A program made the translations under genes and the position numbers. Below the pieces are notes generated by a model. The model did not search any database. It had not been told where the DNA came from and saw only the letters and a list, made by a program, of their open reading frames with translations. Below are positions 21,329 through 29,380 of a stretch of 64,000 bases of DNA, piece by piece (within the stretch, counting starts at the first letter, position 1; each line of letters begins with the position of its first letter). The stretch is from an uncultured bacterium (lineage in GTDB: Bacteria; Babelota; Babeliae; Babelales; Babelaceae): positions 160,001 to 224,000 of the forward strand of contig OY970332.1 of NCBI GenBank assembly GCA_963717435.1. The letters are read 5' to 3'.

Positions 21329-21353
21329 TCTTAAATTAAAAAAAGGAGAGTTT

Positions 21354-22304
21354 ATGAAGAAAAATTTACAAATCTTATCAATGTTGGGGTTATTATTGTC
21401 AGTAGGCAATAGCTACACTCTATCCAAAACTTATCTTGGAGTAACAGAAGTTTATGTACCAACCACGGAAAGAGATGATTTGGGACTAAGGGTTGGTGAC
21501 TTTTATAAATATGACTACTTTAATGAGATGGATAAGATAAACAAGACATATGAAGCTAAGATAGAAAACGCAAAGGTGGCTGATAAGAAAAAACTGGAGC
21601 AAGAACAAACTGCAGCCTTAGAAAAGCTTAAACAATCATCTAAAGTAGATGAATTAACTACTCTCAACAAAGTTACAACAATCATGATTAGCGACAAAAA
21701 TTTCGAAATTTTTAACAAATCAAAAGGCCCTATTACCATAGCTTTACAATATATAGAGCCTAACGCACAAAGTGGACCTTTATTAAAAATCAATCCTAAT
21801 AGTACGGCTGATAAATATACGCAAGTCATAAATCCTGGAAAGGAAAACCAGTTCCAATACACAGACGTATTGCCAATATATCCAGCAAACAAAGATGCGA
21901 AGTTGAGATTATATATTTGGGATAAGTCGGTAAAAGTCGAAAAAGAGGAATCAACGGTAGATTGGGCCAAGAAAGGACTTATCAATCTGGGAGCAAAACT
22001 AATCGGCGATGAATACAAAAAACCCACTTCCTACAAAATAAAAAATCCACAATATATATATGAATTTAGAGATCTATATACTTTAAATCGGTTTAATATG
22101 ATAGAACCAGTTGCAAACAAAGACAAAAAACCTATATTAACACTTTTGTTGACATGGGACGGAAAAGAAAAGAATCCTCTAAGGCCTGAAACTGGGCAAC
22201 TGGGACCACTACAGTCGCTTGGAATTCCTAAGAAAACTGAATCTGGTTTGAGTTCCGAATTCAATCTCGAGGCAAAGAACATAGTTCAAGTGACGGCCAA
22301 GTAA
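21354..22304 (+). CDS. Same family, member 3
   Basis: NFEIFNKSKGPITIALQY; LTWD; LRPETGQLG...KTESGL. Confidence 0.85.
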   Translation: MKKNLQILSMLGLLLSVGNSYTLSKTYLGVTEVYVPTTERDDLGLRVGDFYKYDYFNEMDKINKTYEAKIENAKVADKKKLEQEQTAALEKLKQSSKVDELTTLNKVTTIMISDKNFEIFNKSKGPITIALQYIEPNAQSGPLLKINPNSTADKYTQVINPGKENQFQYTDVLPIYPANKDAKLRLYIWDKSVKVEKEESTVDWAKKGLINLGAKLIGDEYKKPTSYKIKNPQYIYEFRDLYTLNRFNMIEPVANKDKKPILTLLLTWDGKEKNPLRPETGQLGPLQSLGIPKKTESGLSSEFNLEAKNIVQVTAK

Positions 22305-22324
22305 TAAGTTTATTTAAAAATTTG

Positions 22325-22356
22325 GGGCCGGAGGTAAAACTCCGGTCTATTTTTTG
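22325..22356 (+). terminator. Intrinsic terminator of operon 1
   Basis: gggccggag-gtaaaa-ctccggtct followed by a T-run; near-identical copy at 25238. Confidence 0.8.
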
Positions 22357-22387
22357 CAGATTTTTTTCACCGGCCCGAAATCTATTA

Positions 22388-22490
22388 TTTCAGATAGAAA
22401 AATCTATTGCATTTCGTCCATAAAATACTTTACTCTATAAATAAGGGGAAGATTGACTTCGATTATATTATTTAAAAAAGGGCAGAAGTT
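22388..22490 (+). promoter_or_regulatory. Promoter/leader block of paralog operon 2
   Basis: Duplicate of 19790-19892. Confidence 0.75.
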
Positions 22491-23273
22491 ATGTTAAAAA
22501 AGCTAAAAATATTATCGATACTGGGGTTATTATTTATCTCTAATGCTTTTTCTATAAGCAAAAACATACTCGACACACCAAAACTATATCTCCCGGGTGG
22601 CATCGCAAATTTAAGCTCGATCGATCTTAAAGATTATGAAAGTAAAAAATATGACACTTCGAAGGATCCTGCTAAAAATGCGATAGATAAAATGGGGTTA
22701 AAAGATCGCCCGAGTAAGGTGATATTTACGGAGCAAAATTTTGAAGTCTTCAACAAAACAGATAAGTCCATAACGATAGCTTTACAGCTTTCAATACAAA
22801 ATTCGCTCCACGCATCGGGGGAAATTTATTCCAACCCGACATTTGAAATTATCTCACCTAAAAAGCAATCTACTGTAATCCGAAATCTTCAAACCACAAT
22901 CGATGATATGCCTGAAATTAATAAACTTAGCCGTTCTAAGAGATCTTTAACACTATATATTTGGCCAAATAAATCTGCATACAAAGAACAAAGAGATGGA
23001 AAAATTCTAAATCTTTCACAAAATCCTGGCTTGGTCTACGTTTATAAATTTAAAGATTTGGAAAAATTTAACAAAAAGAATAACCCTAAATATACAATGT
23101 ATTTAACATTTGACGGCAAAATAAATGATAAAAAAGGTGATATTGGTCTAAGGCCACAAACTGGTCAATTAGGTAAAATTTTTGGAAAAGAAACGGGACT
23201 AGCATCAAAGACTGAAACTGGTTTATCTCTGGTAACTAATATTGATAAAAATGACATAGAGCAATTTAAATAG
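22491..23273 (+). CDS. Same family, member 4
   Basis: QNFEVFNKTDK; LTFDG; LRPQTGQLG...KTETGL. Confidence 0.85.
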   Translation: MLKKLKILSILGLLFISNAFSISKNILDTPKLYLPGGIANLSSIDLKDYESKKYDTSKDPAKNAIDKMGLKDRPSKVIFTEQNFEVFNKTDKSITIALQLSIQNSLHASGEIYSNPTFEIISPKKQSTVIRNLQTTIDDMPEINKLSRSKRSLTLYIWPNKSAYKEQRDGKILNLSQNPGLVYVYKFKDLEKFNKKNNPKYTMYLTFDGKINDKKGDIGLRPQTGQLGKIFGKETGLASKTETGLSLVTNIDKNDIEQFK

Positions 23274-23293
23274 TCTAACAAAGCGGTAGATAT

Positions 23294-24142
23294 ATGTTAA
23301 AAAATATAAAATTATTGTCGATAGTGGGATTATTATTATTTATCTCCAATGTTTTTTGTATAAGCAAAACCATATTTGACACACCCAAATTATATTTCCC
23401 AACTGTCATCAAAGATGCTTACACCAATATTAATTACACAGATAAATATGATACCTCAAAGGGTATTGCTGAGCAGGCAATAGAGACAATGGGGCTAAAA
23501 GATTATCCGAGAAAAGTGATATTTACAAATCAAAATTTTGAAATATTCAACAAAACAGATAAGCCCATAACGATAGCTTTACAGTATTCACGAATAAATC
23601 CAGTGCCTAACAAGTCTATTTTTTCCAAACCGATTTTTGAAATTATACAAGCTAAAACACAATCTACTGTGATCAAAAATCTGCAATATGGTGGCGTAAT
23701 TGACACCGAAATTAATGGAACTGGCTCAGGAACATTAACTTTATATATTTGGCCCAATAAATCCACCTACATCGCTCAAAAAAGTGAGAAAATGCTAGAC
23801 GTTTCAAATACTGGCCCGGTTTATGTTTATACATTTAATAACCTACAAAGACTTAAAAAAATTCTGAAAGATGGTGACTATTACTTCGAAGGCAACCCCA
23901 AATATACAATCTACGTAACATTTGACGGCAAAATCGATGAGGACAAAGGCGATATTGGACTAAGACCACAAACTGGTCAATTAGGTAAATTAGGTAAAAT
24001 TTTTGGAAAAGAAACGGGACTAGCATCAAAGACTGAAACTGGATTATCTCTGGTAACCAATATTGATAAGGGTGATATAAAATTAACCAGAATTGAAAAT
24101 CAAAAGCGAAAAACAGAAGCAGAAATACTAGAACAGAAGTAA
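23294..24142 (+). CDS. Same family, member 5
   Basis: Close paralog of member 4; QNFEIFNKTDK; LRPQTGQLGKLGK. Confidence 0.85.
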   Translation: MLKNIKLLSIVGLLLFISNVFCISKTIFDTPKLYFPTVIKDAYTNINYTDKYDTSKGIAEQAIETMGLKDYPRKVIFTNQNFEIFNKTDKPITIALQYSRINPVPNKSIFSKPIFEIIQAKTQSTVIKNLQYGGVIDTEINGTGSGTLTLYIWPNKSTYIAQKSEKMLDVSNTGPVYVYTFNNLQRLKKILKDGDYYFEGNPKYTIYVTFDGKIDEDKGDIGLRPQTGQLGKLGKIFGKETGLASKTETGLSLVTNIDKGDIKLTRIENQKRKTEAEILEQK

Positions 24143-24213
24143 TTTGTATATCTGTAGAGAGGTACGATTTATAAAGGGTTTAATTAAAATAATTTTTAAA
24201 AAACGGGGAGTTT

Positions 24214-25206
24214 ATGTTTAAAAATCTAAAAATATTTTCGATAGTGAGTTTATTGCTGGGCCTCTTGGGATTAGCTGATATCTATTCTATTAGTTCAACA
24301 CTAGTAGAGCCTGTGAGGTTATATTTACCCAAAGCAGAAAGAGAAAGAAAAAAGGTTAAAGTTAATGAAAATCTCCAAACGGACGAATATTTCTATGAGA
24401 CAGATCTAAGCCTATCTCAACTCCTAAAGGGAACTGATAAAAAAGCCAAAGTCACCTTTGATACTATTACATACAAACCAACAAAAAGCCCCAAACCTTG
24501 GGACGTTGAAATTACCAATCAAAACTTTGAAATATTTAATAAATCAAATGGACCTATAACATTTGCTCTGCAATATAGCGATAAGGGACCAGGTGGCAGA
24601 TCATTCTTAGGCGAGCCTTATGTAGAAAGAGTCTTAAAGGGCAAGGCATCTAAAAACATTGAAACTGCGCAGGGCGATGCAAACTTCTTAGAAAACATCA
24701 GTCAATTATATCACAGAGATCAGGGACAAGATAATCCGAAAATACTGCTTCCAACTGAGCGTCAAATACTGCTTCCAACTGAGCATCTTTGTTTATATAT
24801 CTATAAAGGGGAATTTGAAATCCAAACAGAAAGAGATGTGATGGTTGGAAAGGGGGACGCACAAAATCCTAACAGAATCGTAAGTGATCCGTATCGTGTT
24901 TATGAATTTAAAATTCCAGTACTTAAGAATAGCAAAGGCAATCCTATAACAACAATTTATTTAACATGGGACGATAAGGCAAACAAAAAAACATACTCGA
25001 CTGGATTAAAACCCGAAACTGGTCAATTAGGTAAAATTTTGGGGATAGAAACCGGTCTGGCATTTAAAACTGAATCAGGTTTGTCGATTATAACTAATTT
25101 GGATCAGGCCAATATAATAGACATTACACAAAAGGTTAAGAAAGAATTAGGAAACGATGCGGTAGCTCCGAAACCATATGTTAGGAAAAAAAAGAAGACA
25201 GAATAA
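24214..25206 (+). CDS. Same family, member 6
   Basis: QNFEIFNKSNGPITFALQY; LTWD; LKPETGQLG...KTESGL; basic tail RKKKK. Confidence 0.85.
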   Translation: MFKNLKIFSIVSLLLGLLGLADIYSISSTLVEPVRLYLPKAERERKKVKVNENLQTDEYFYETDLSLSQLLKGTDKKAKVTFDTITYKPTKSPKPWDVEITNQNFEIFNKSNGPITFALQYSDKGPGGRSFLGEPYVERVLKGKASKNIETAQGDANFLENISQLYHRDQGQDNPKILLPTERQILLPTEHLCLYIYKGEFEIQTERDVMVGKGDAQNPNRIVSDPYRVYEFKIPVLKNSKGNPITTIYLTWDDKANKKTYSTGLKPETGQLGKILGIETGLAFKTESGLSIITNLDQANIIDITQKVKKELGNDAVAPKPYVRKKKKTE

Positions 25207-25237
25207 AGACCAACCTAAATTTGTAGAAAATAATTTT

Positions 25238-25269
25238 GGGCCGGAGGTAAAACTCCGGTCCATTTTTTT
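25238..25269 (+). terminator. Intrinsic terminator of operon 2
   Basis: gggccggag-gtaaaa-ctccggtcc followed by a T-run. Confidence 0.8.
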
Positions 25270-25272
25270 GTA

Positions 25273-25306
25273 AAAAAATAGCTAAAATATTGCAGTTAAA
25301 TTTACC
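25273..25306 (+). repeat. 34-bp direct repeat, left copy (right copy 26634-26667)
   Basis: aaaaaatagctaaaatattgcagttaaatttacc, identical at both positions. Confidence 0.9.
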
Positions 25307-25445
25307 TAAAAAAATTAGCACCCAAAAAAATTGCTTTAAAACTATATTAAATTAACCTGATTTGTGCTAATATATAAATAGAGTTAGAGATTCGCACAAG
25401 ATAATGTTTTTTTTTATAAAAAAATTAAAAAATTTGGGGGACAAA

Positions 25446-26642
25446 ATGGCGTTTTTCAGAAGAGATATAGAAGAAACAGTGTTGAGATTTGCAAAGTTTC
25501 CCGTTGTTGCAATATTGGGGCCGAGACAGTCAGGAAAGACGACTTTGGTAAAACATGTTTTTTCAAAGCATGTTTTTATAGATCTTGATGATCTTGAGCT
25601 CAGAACACTGGCAATTGATGACCCTAAGGGTTTTTTTAGAAAATTTGAAAATGAACACGGGATAATACTTGATGAGTTCCAAAACTGCCCGGATCTACTC
25701 TCTTATATTAAAGTTATATCAGATGCACAAGACAGGCCCGGATATTTTATCTTAACTGGTTCACAAAATTTTTTGGTTAACGAAGCAATAAGCCAGTCGC
25801 TTGCTGGAAGAGTTGGCATATTAACCCTACTGCCATTGTCTTTGAATGAGCTAAAAAACAACAATCTTATCGATAAATCTAGAGCGCCCGAAGAGGTTAT
25901 ATTTAAGGGCTTTTACCCAAGGGTTTATAAAAATTTTGAACCTGAAGAAGTATACCCTTCTTATATAAACACTTATGTTGAAAGAGATATTAGATTGCTA
26001 ACAAATATTGAAAATATAAGTACTTTCCAGAAATTTATAAAGCTCTGCGCAGCCAGAGTTGGGCAGCTGGTAAACTATTCCGATTTAGCCGTAAACTGCG
26101 GAATTAGCGTTCCGACTGTAAAACAATGGCTATCGATACTTGAAGCAAGTTATATAATATTTTTGCTCAAACCACATTTTCAAAATTTTAATAAGCGAAT
26201 AACAAAGACGCCTAAGTTATATTTTTACGATACGGGACTTGTATGTTCGTTGCTGGAGATTAATAGTAGCAAAAATTTATTACTAAATCCGTTTTATGGA
26301 CATCTTTTTGAATGCATGATTATTTCTGATTTGTATAAACAGTATTTTAATCAAGGCAAAAACCCTCCACTATATTTTTGGCGCGATCAGAACGGCTTAA
26401 TAGAAGTTGATTGCATAGTTGATATTGGAAAAGAACTTCTGCCAATAGAGATTAAATCCGGTGAAACTTACAATAAAAAATTTTTAGAATCACTTGATAA
26501 GTGGAACAGTATCGCAAAAAGGGAAGCCGCGGAAAATTATCTTATTTATGCTGGAACGCAAATATTTAGAGGCACCGCTTATACTCTTTTGCCATGGGAT
26601 CAAATGGCAACTCTGGTAAAAGATATTATAAGTAAAAAATAG
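25446..26642 (+). CDS. AAA+ ATPase with DUF4143 domain (AAA_14 family); likely start MAFFRR
   Basis: GPRQSGKTT, ILDEFQ, LTGS, ESLAGR-like QSLAGR, PKLYFYDTG, EVDCIV...PIEIK. Confidence 0.92.
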   Translation: MAFFRRDIEETVLRFAKFPVVAILGPRQSGKTTLVKHVFSKHVFIDLDDLELRTLAIDDPKGFFRKFENEHGIILDEFQNCPDLLSYIKVISDAQDRPGYFILTGSQNFLVNEAISQSLAGRVGILTLLPLSLNELKNNNLIDKSRAPEEVIFKGFYPRVYKNFEPEEVYPSYINTYVERDIRLLTNIENISTFQKFIKLCAARVGQLVNYSDLAVNCGISVPTVKQWLSILEASYIIFLLKPHFQNFNKRITKTPKLYFYDTGLVCSLLEINSSKNLLLNPFYGHLFECMIISDLYKQYFNQGKNPPLYFWRDQNGLIEVDCIVDIGKELLPIEIKSGETYNKKFLESLDKWNSIAKREAAENYLIYAGTQIFRGTAYTLLPWDQMATLVKDIISKK

Positions 26643-26667
26643 CTAAAATATTGCAGTTAAATTTACC
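26634..26667 (+). repeat. 34-bp direct repeat, right copy
   Basis: Spans the stop codons of the ATPase gene and of the convergent gene. Confidence 0.9.
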
Positions 26668-27638
26668 CAGGCGGCGAATATTTTGGTGTCATACAATTTT
26701 AATCTGCCAATATTTAATCCTGCCCCTAAAACTATCGGGACGTTAATGCCTGGGCAACGCTTAAAGAGATGATTAAAGTTTGCGTAAAAACTGTTTCTGA
26801 CAAACCAGTGGCTCTTAATCTCTCTTGTGGGCAACAAAATAGCCTGGTTGCTAAAAAAAGTTGGGTTATAACCGGCTTCAAGTAAATTAAATTTGAATCT
26901 ATATTCTAAAGTAAATAATAAGTCCGTTACGTTTCCCGGTTGAATTTTTGCGCCTACTGGCAACACAGGGTAAAAGTATCTATTAAAAAAGTGTATGAAC
27001 CTGTTTTGAAAGACAAATATTACGTTTCTTTTTTCTTGATTTATAAAGCTGTAAGAAAACTCGGAGCCAACACCCAGACTATAAAATCTTGTTCCAACAA
27101 GTGGATCTTGGGCATCAAAAAGTGTGATTTTTCGATTTGTTGGAAAGCCCGTAAGCGCATATAAATCTATCTGTAAATCTTGAGTTGGAAAGAAATTATA
27201 ACCACCAGAAAAAACTATGTCATCGAGCCCAGTTTTTGATGTTTTAAAACTTGATGCAGGGCTAATTTTAGAATCGGATCGCACATGTTCGGTTTCTATG
27301 CCAGTTGTTGCTTCTAGCCACCAGTTTTTTGATCTAATATAACGTAAGTTTAAAATCGCACCGTCAGTTAGACGATTCTCGCAAATATCTGTTGGGACAA
27401 GTATATCGTTAACTATGTGCCGATCTCGCTTATAAACTATTGGCAATACTGTTGGCACCCAAAATGGTTTTTGCGGTATCGTACCAAGTAGCTTATTTAC
27501 TCTGAAAACTCGCCTGATTTTAAGGTTATAAACAAGTGAAATTGGGCAAATATTTGCCGCATTAAATATTATTAAGCTTAAAAATATTAGTTTGGATTTT
27601 TTTGTTAAAATTAAAGATATAAAACTGTTGCCGGACAT
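26643..27638 (-). CDS. Hypothetical exported protein, probable beta-barrel; paralog of 63436-64000
   Basis: Signal peptide, ISLVYNLKI, TGLDDIVF, C-terminal Phe. Confidence 0.7.
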   Translation of the reverse strand: MSGNSFISLILTKKSKLIFLSLIIFNAANICPISLVYNLKIRRVFRVNKLLGTIPQKPFWVPTVLPIVYKRDRHIVNDILVPTDICENRLTDGAILNLRYIRSKNWWLEATTGIETEHVRSDSKISPASSFKTSKTGLDDIVFSGGYNFFPTQDLQIDLYALTGFPTNRKITLFDAQDPLVGTRFYSLGVGSEFSYSFINQEKRNVIFVFQNRFIHFFNRYFYPVLPVGAKIQPGNVTDLLFTLEYRFKFNLLEAGYNPTFFSNQAILLPTREIKSHWFVRNSFYANFNHLFKRCPGINVPIVLGAGLNIGRLKLYDTKIFAAWVNLTAIF

Positions 27639-27863
27639 AGCTACTCTCTTAATTTTTTATTAAAATTTTATTCACAATTTAATTATAGTTCACAACAAAA
27701 AAATATATTTGTAAAAAACAGTAATTTTGCCCCATGCTTTCTGTTTTAACGCGCCGCCATTTCAGGAAAATAATCAGGAGGCTATTTTGACATCAAAACT
27801 CATTATGTTAAGCTTTTGGCATGTGGAGAAAATATTAAAAAACAGTCACAATCGGAGTCATAT

Positions 27864-28547
27864 ATGAAAAAGATATCTTTATTAATATTACTAGCAACTA
27901 CGAGTTCTGTATTAGTCGCAGAAAAAAGTGAATTAGAAATTCTTAGAGAAAAGCATGATGCTGCACTTAAAGAAGTTGTAAAACATATTGATGACATGTG
28001 GTACGAAGAGGCAACAGTTAATTCGCACACAGTCAACCCGCAAATAGGTTTTGTCAGCGGCCCAATGGGTATTACTGATGGCCACTATGGTGCTTCATTT
28101 GGAACCACTCACACATCAACAACAATAAACAAGCTTTTTTTCAATACCCCTGAGGCTGGAAGAGAATACAACAAATATCTAAAAGCGTTGTCACCATTTG
28201 AGTGGGACATATTCAAAAAAGACTTAATCACAAGTATTGCAACAGGCATTGTTTCAGGCTTAGCTCTGAATCAAAAATTACTTGACCAAAAAACAGAAGC
28301 AGAGTGGTCAACTGTCGATAAAATTGCGGTTACAGCACCTTTCTTGGCACCGATTGCCGAAATCATCGCAACCAACTTACTTGAAAATCCTATGAAATAT
28401 TTTAACAGCCGAACACTATCGGTTCATGATAACCTTTATGGAAATCTAAGTTGGAAAACAACTGGTAGAATATTGGGGCATGTTATTATGTCATATGTAA
28501 CACTTGGTGGAACAGCAATTGTAAAAAAAGCTGTATTAGCAAAGTAA
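27864..28547 (+). CDS. Hypothetical exported/membrane protein (likely start MKKISLL)
   Basis: GGAG RBS, signal peptide, C-terminal hydrophobic segments. Confidence 0.7.
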   Translation: MKKISLLILLATTSSVLVAEKSELEILREKHDAALKEVVKHIDDMWYEEATVNSHTVNPQIGFVSGPMGITDGHYGASFGTTHTSTTINKLFFNTPEAGREYNKYLKALSPFEWDIFKKDLITSIATGIVSGLALNQKLLDQKTEAEWSTVDKIAVTAPFLAPIAEIIATNLLENPMKYFNSRTLSVHDNLYGNLSWKTTGRILGHVIMSYVTLGGTAIVKKAVLAK

Positions 28548-28688
28548 AGTTTAATTAAATAACTTAGTATGGCTCGCAGATAACTCTGCGGGCCATTTTT
28601 TTGTTGTAAAATAAAATATAAATAGTAAACTTTCGTGAGCAAAATTAATTAATCAAGTTTCATTTAACCCGATTCTTTAGGAGACATC

Positions 28689-29357
28689 ATGAAAAACAGA
28701 TTTTTCTTCCTGCCGTTTTTTTTTACCCTAACGACTATTAATATTTTTTCTAATATTTCTAATAATAAAGAGCTGATTCTAAAATTAAATAAAATAGGCG
28801 CGATAAAGTTTGAAAACGTAACACTTGAGGGAGGCATAGTCTCCCCATTTTATTTTGATATGAGGCTTATAATTTCTTATCCAGACGTGTTAATAAACTT
28901 TGCAGACGCGATAAAAGGAAAAATGGAAAATATAAACTGCGATGTGATTTGTGGCGTGCCTTATGCCGCTGTTCCTGTTGCAACTTTGGCTTGTGCGAAC
29001 ACAAAGACGCCCATGATCATGCAACGGAAAGAGCCCAAATCCCATGGCACAAAAAAGATGCTTGAGGGGAACTTTAAAAAACAGGATAAGTGCTTGATAA
29101 TCGAAGATGTGATTGTAACCGGAAACAGTATTAAAAAAAGTGCAGTAATATTAGAAGATCATGATTTGATTGCACGCGATGTTATTATTCTGATTGATAG
29201 AGAACAGGGGGGCGTTCAGCGCCTTGAAAAAGAGGGGTTTAGGGTTCATACGATATTGCAGCTATCAGAAGTGATTCAGGTTTTACTTGAAGAAAAATTA
29301 ATCACACAGGCACAAGTGGATATTGTTAGAGATTTTTGCGCAAACAATAGAGTTTGA
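28689..29357 (+). CDS. pyrE: Orotate phosphoribosyltransferase with a signal-peptide-like N-terminal extension
   Basis: SPFYFDMR, GVPYAAVP, RKEPKSHGT, LIIEDVIVTG (PRPP loop), IDREQGG. Confidence 0.88.
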   Translation: MKNRFFFLPFFFTLTTINIFSNISNNKELILKLNKIGAIKFENVTLEGGIVSPFYFDMRLIISYPDVLINFADAIKGKMENINCDVICGVPYAAVPVATLACANTKTPMIMQRKEPKSHGTKKMLEGNFKKQDKCLIIEDVIVTGNSIKKSAVILEDHDLIARDVIILIDREQGGVQRLEKEGFRVHTILQLSEVIQVLLEEKLITQAQVDIVRDFCANNRV

Positions 29358-29380
29358 GTCTAAAAAACTGGAGATGAGTT

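Noticed and set aside
19893-25206. (R/K)PxTG motif as a sortase LPxTG signal
   Set aside because: No following transmembrane helix and basic tail, and the window encodes outer-membrane-type barrels (diderm envelope).
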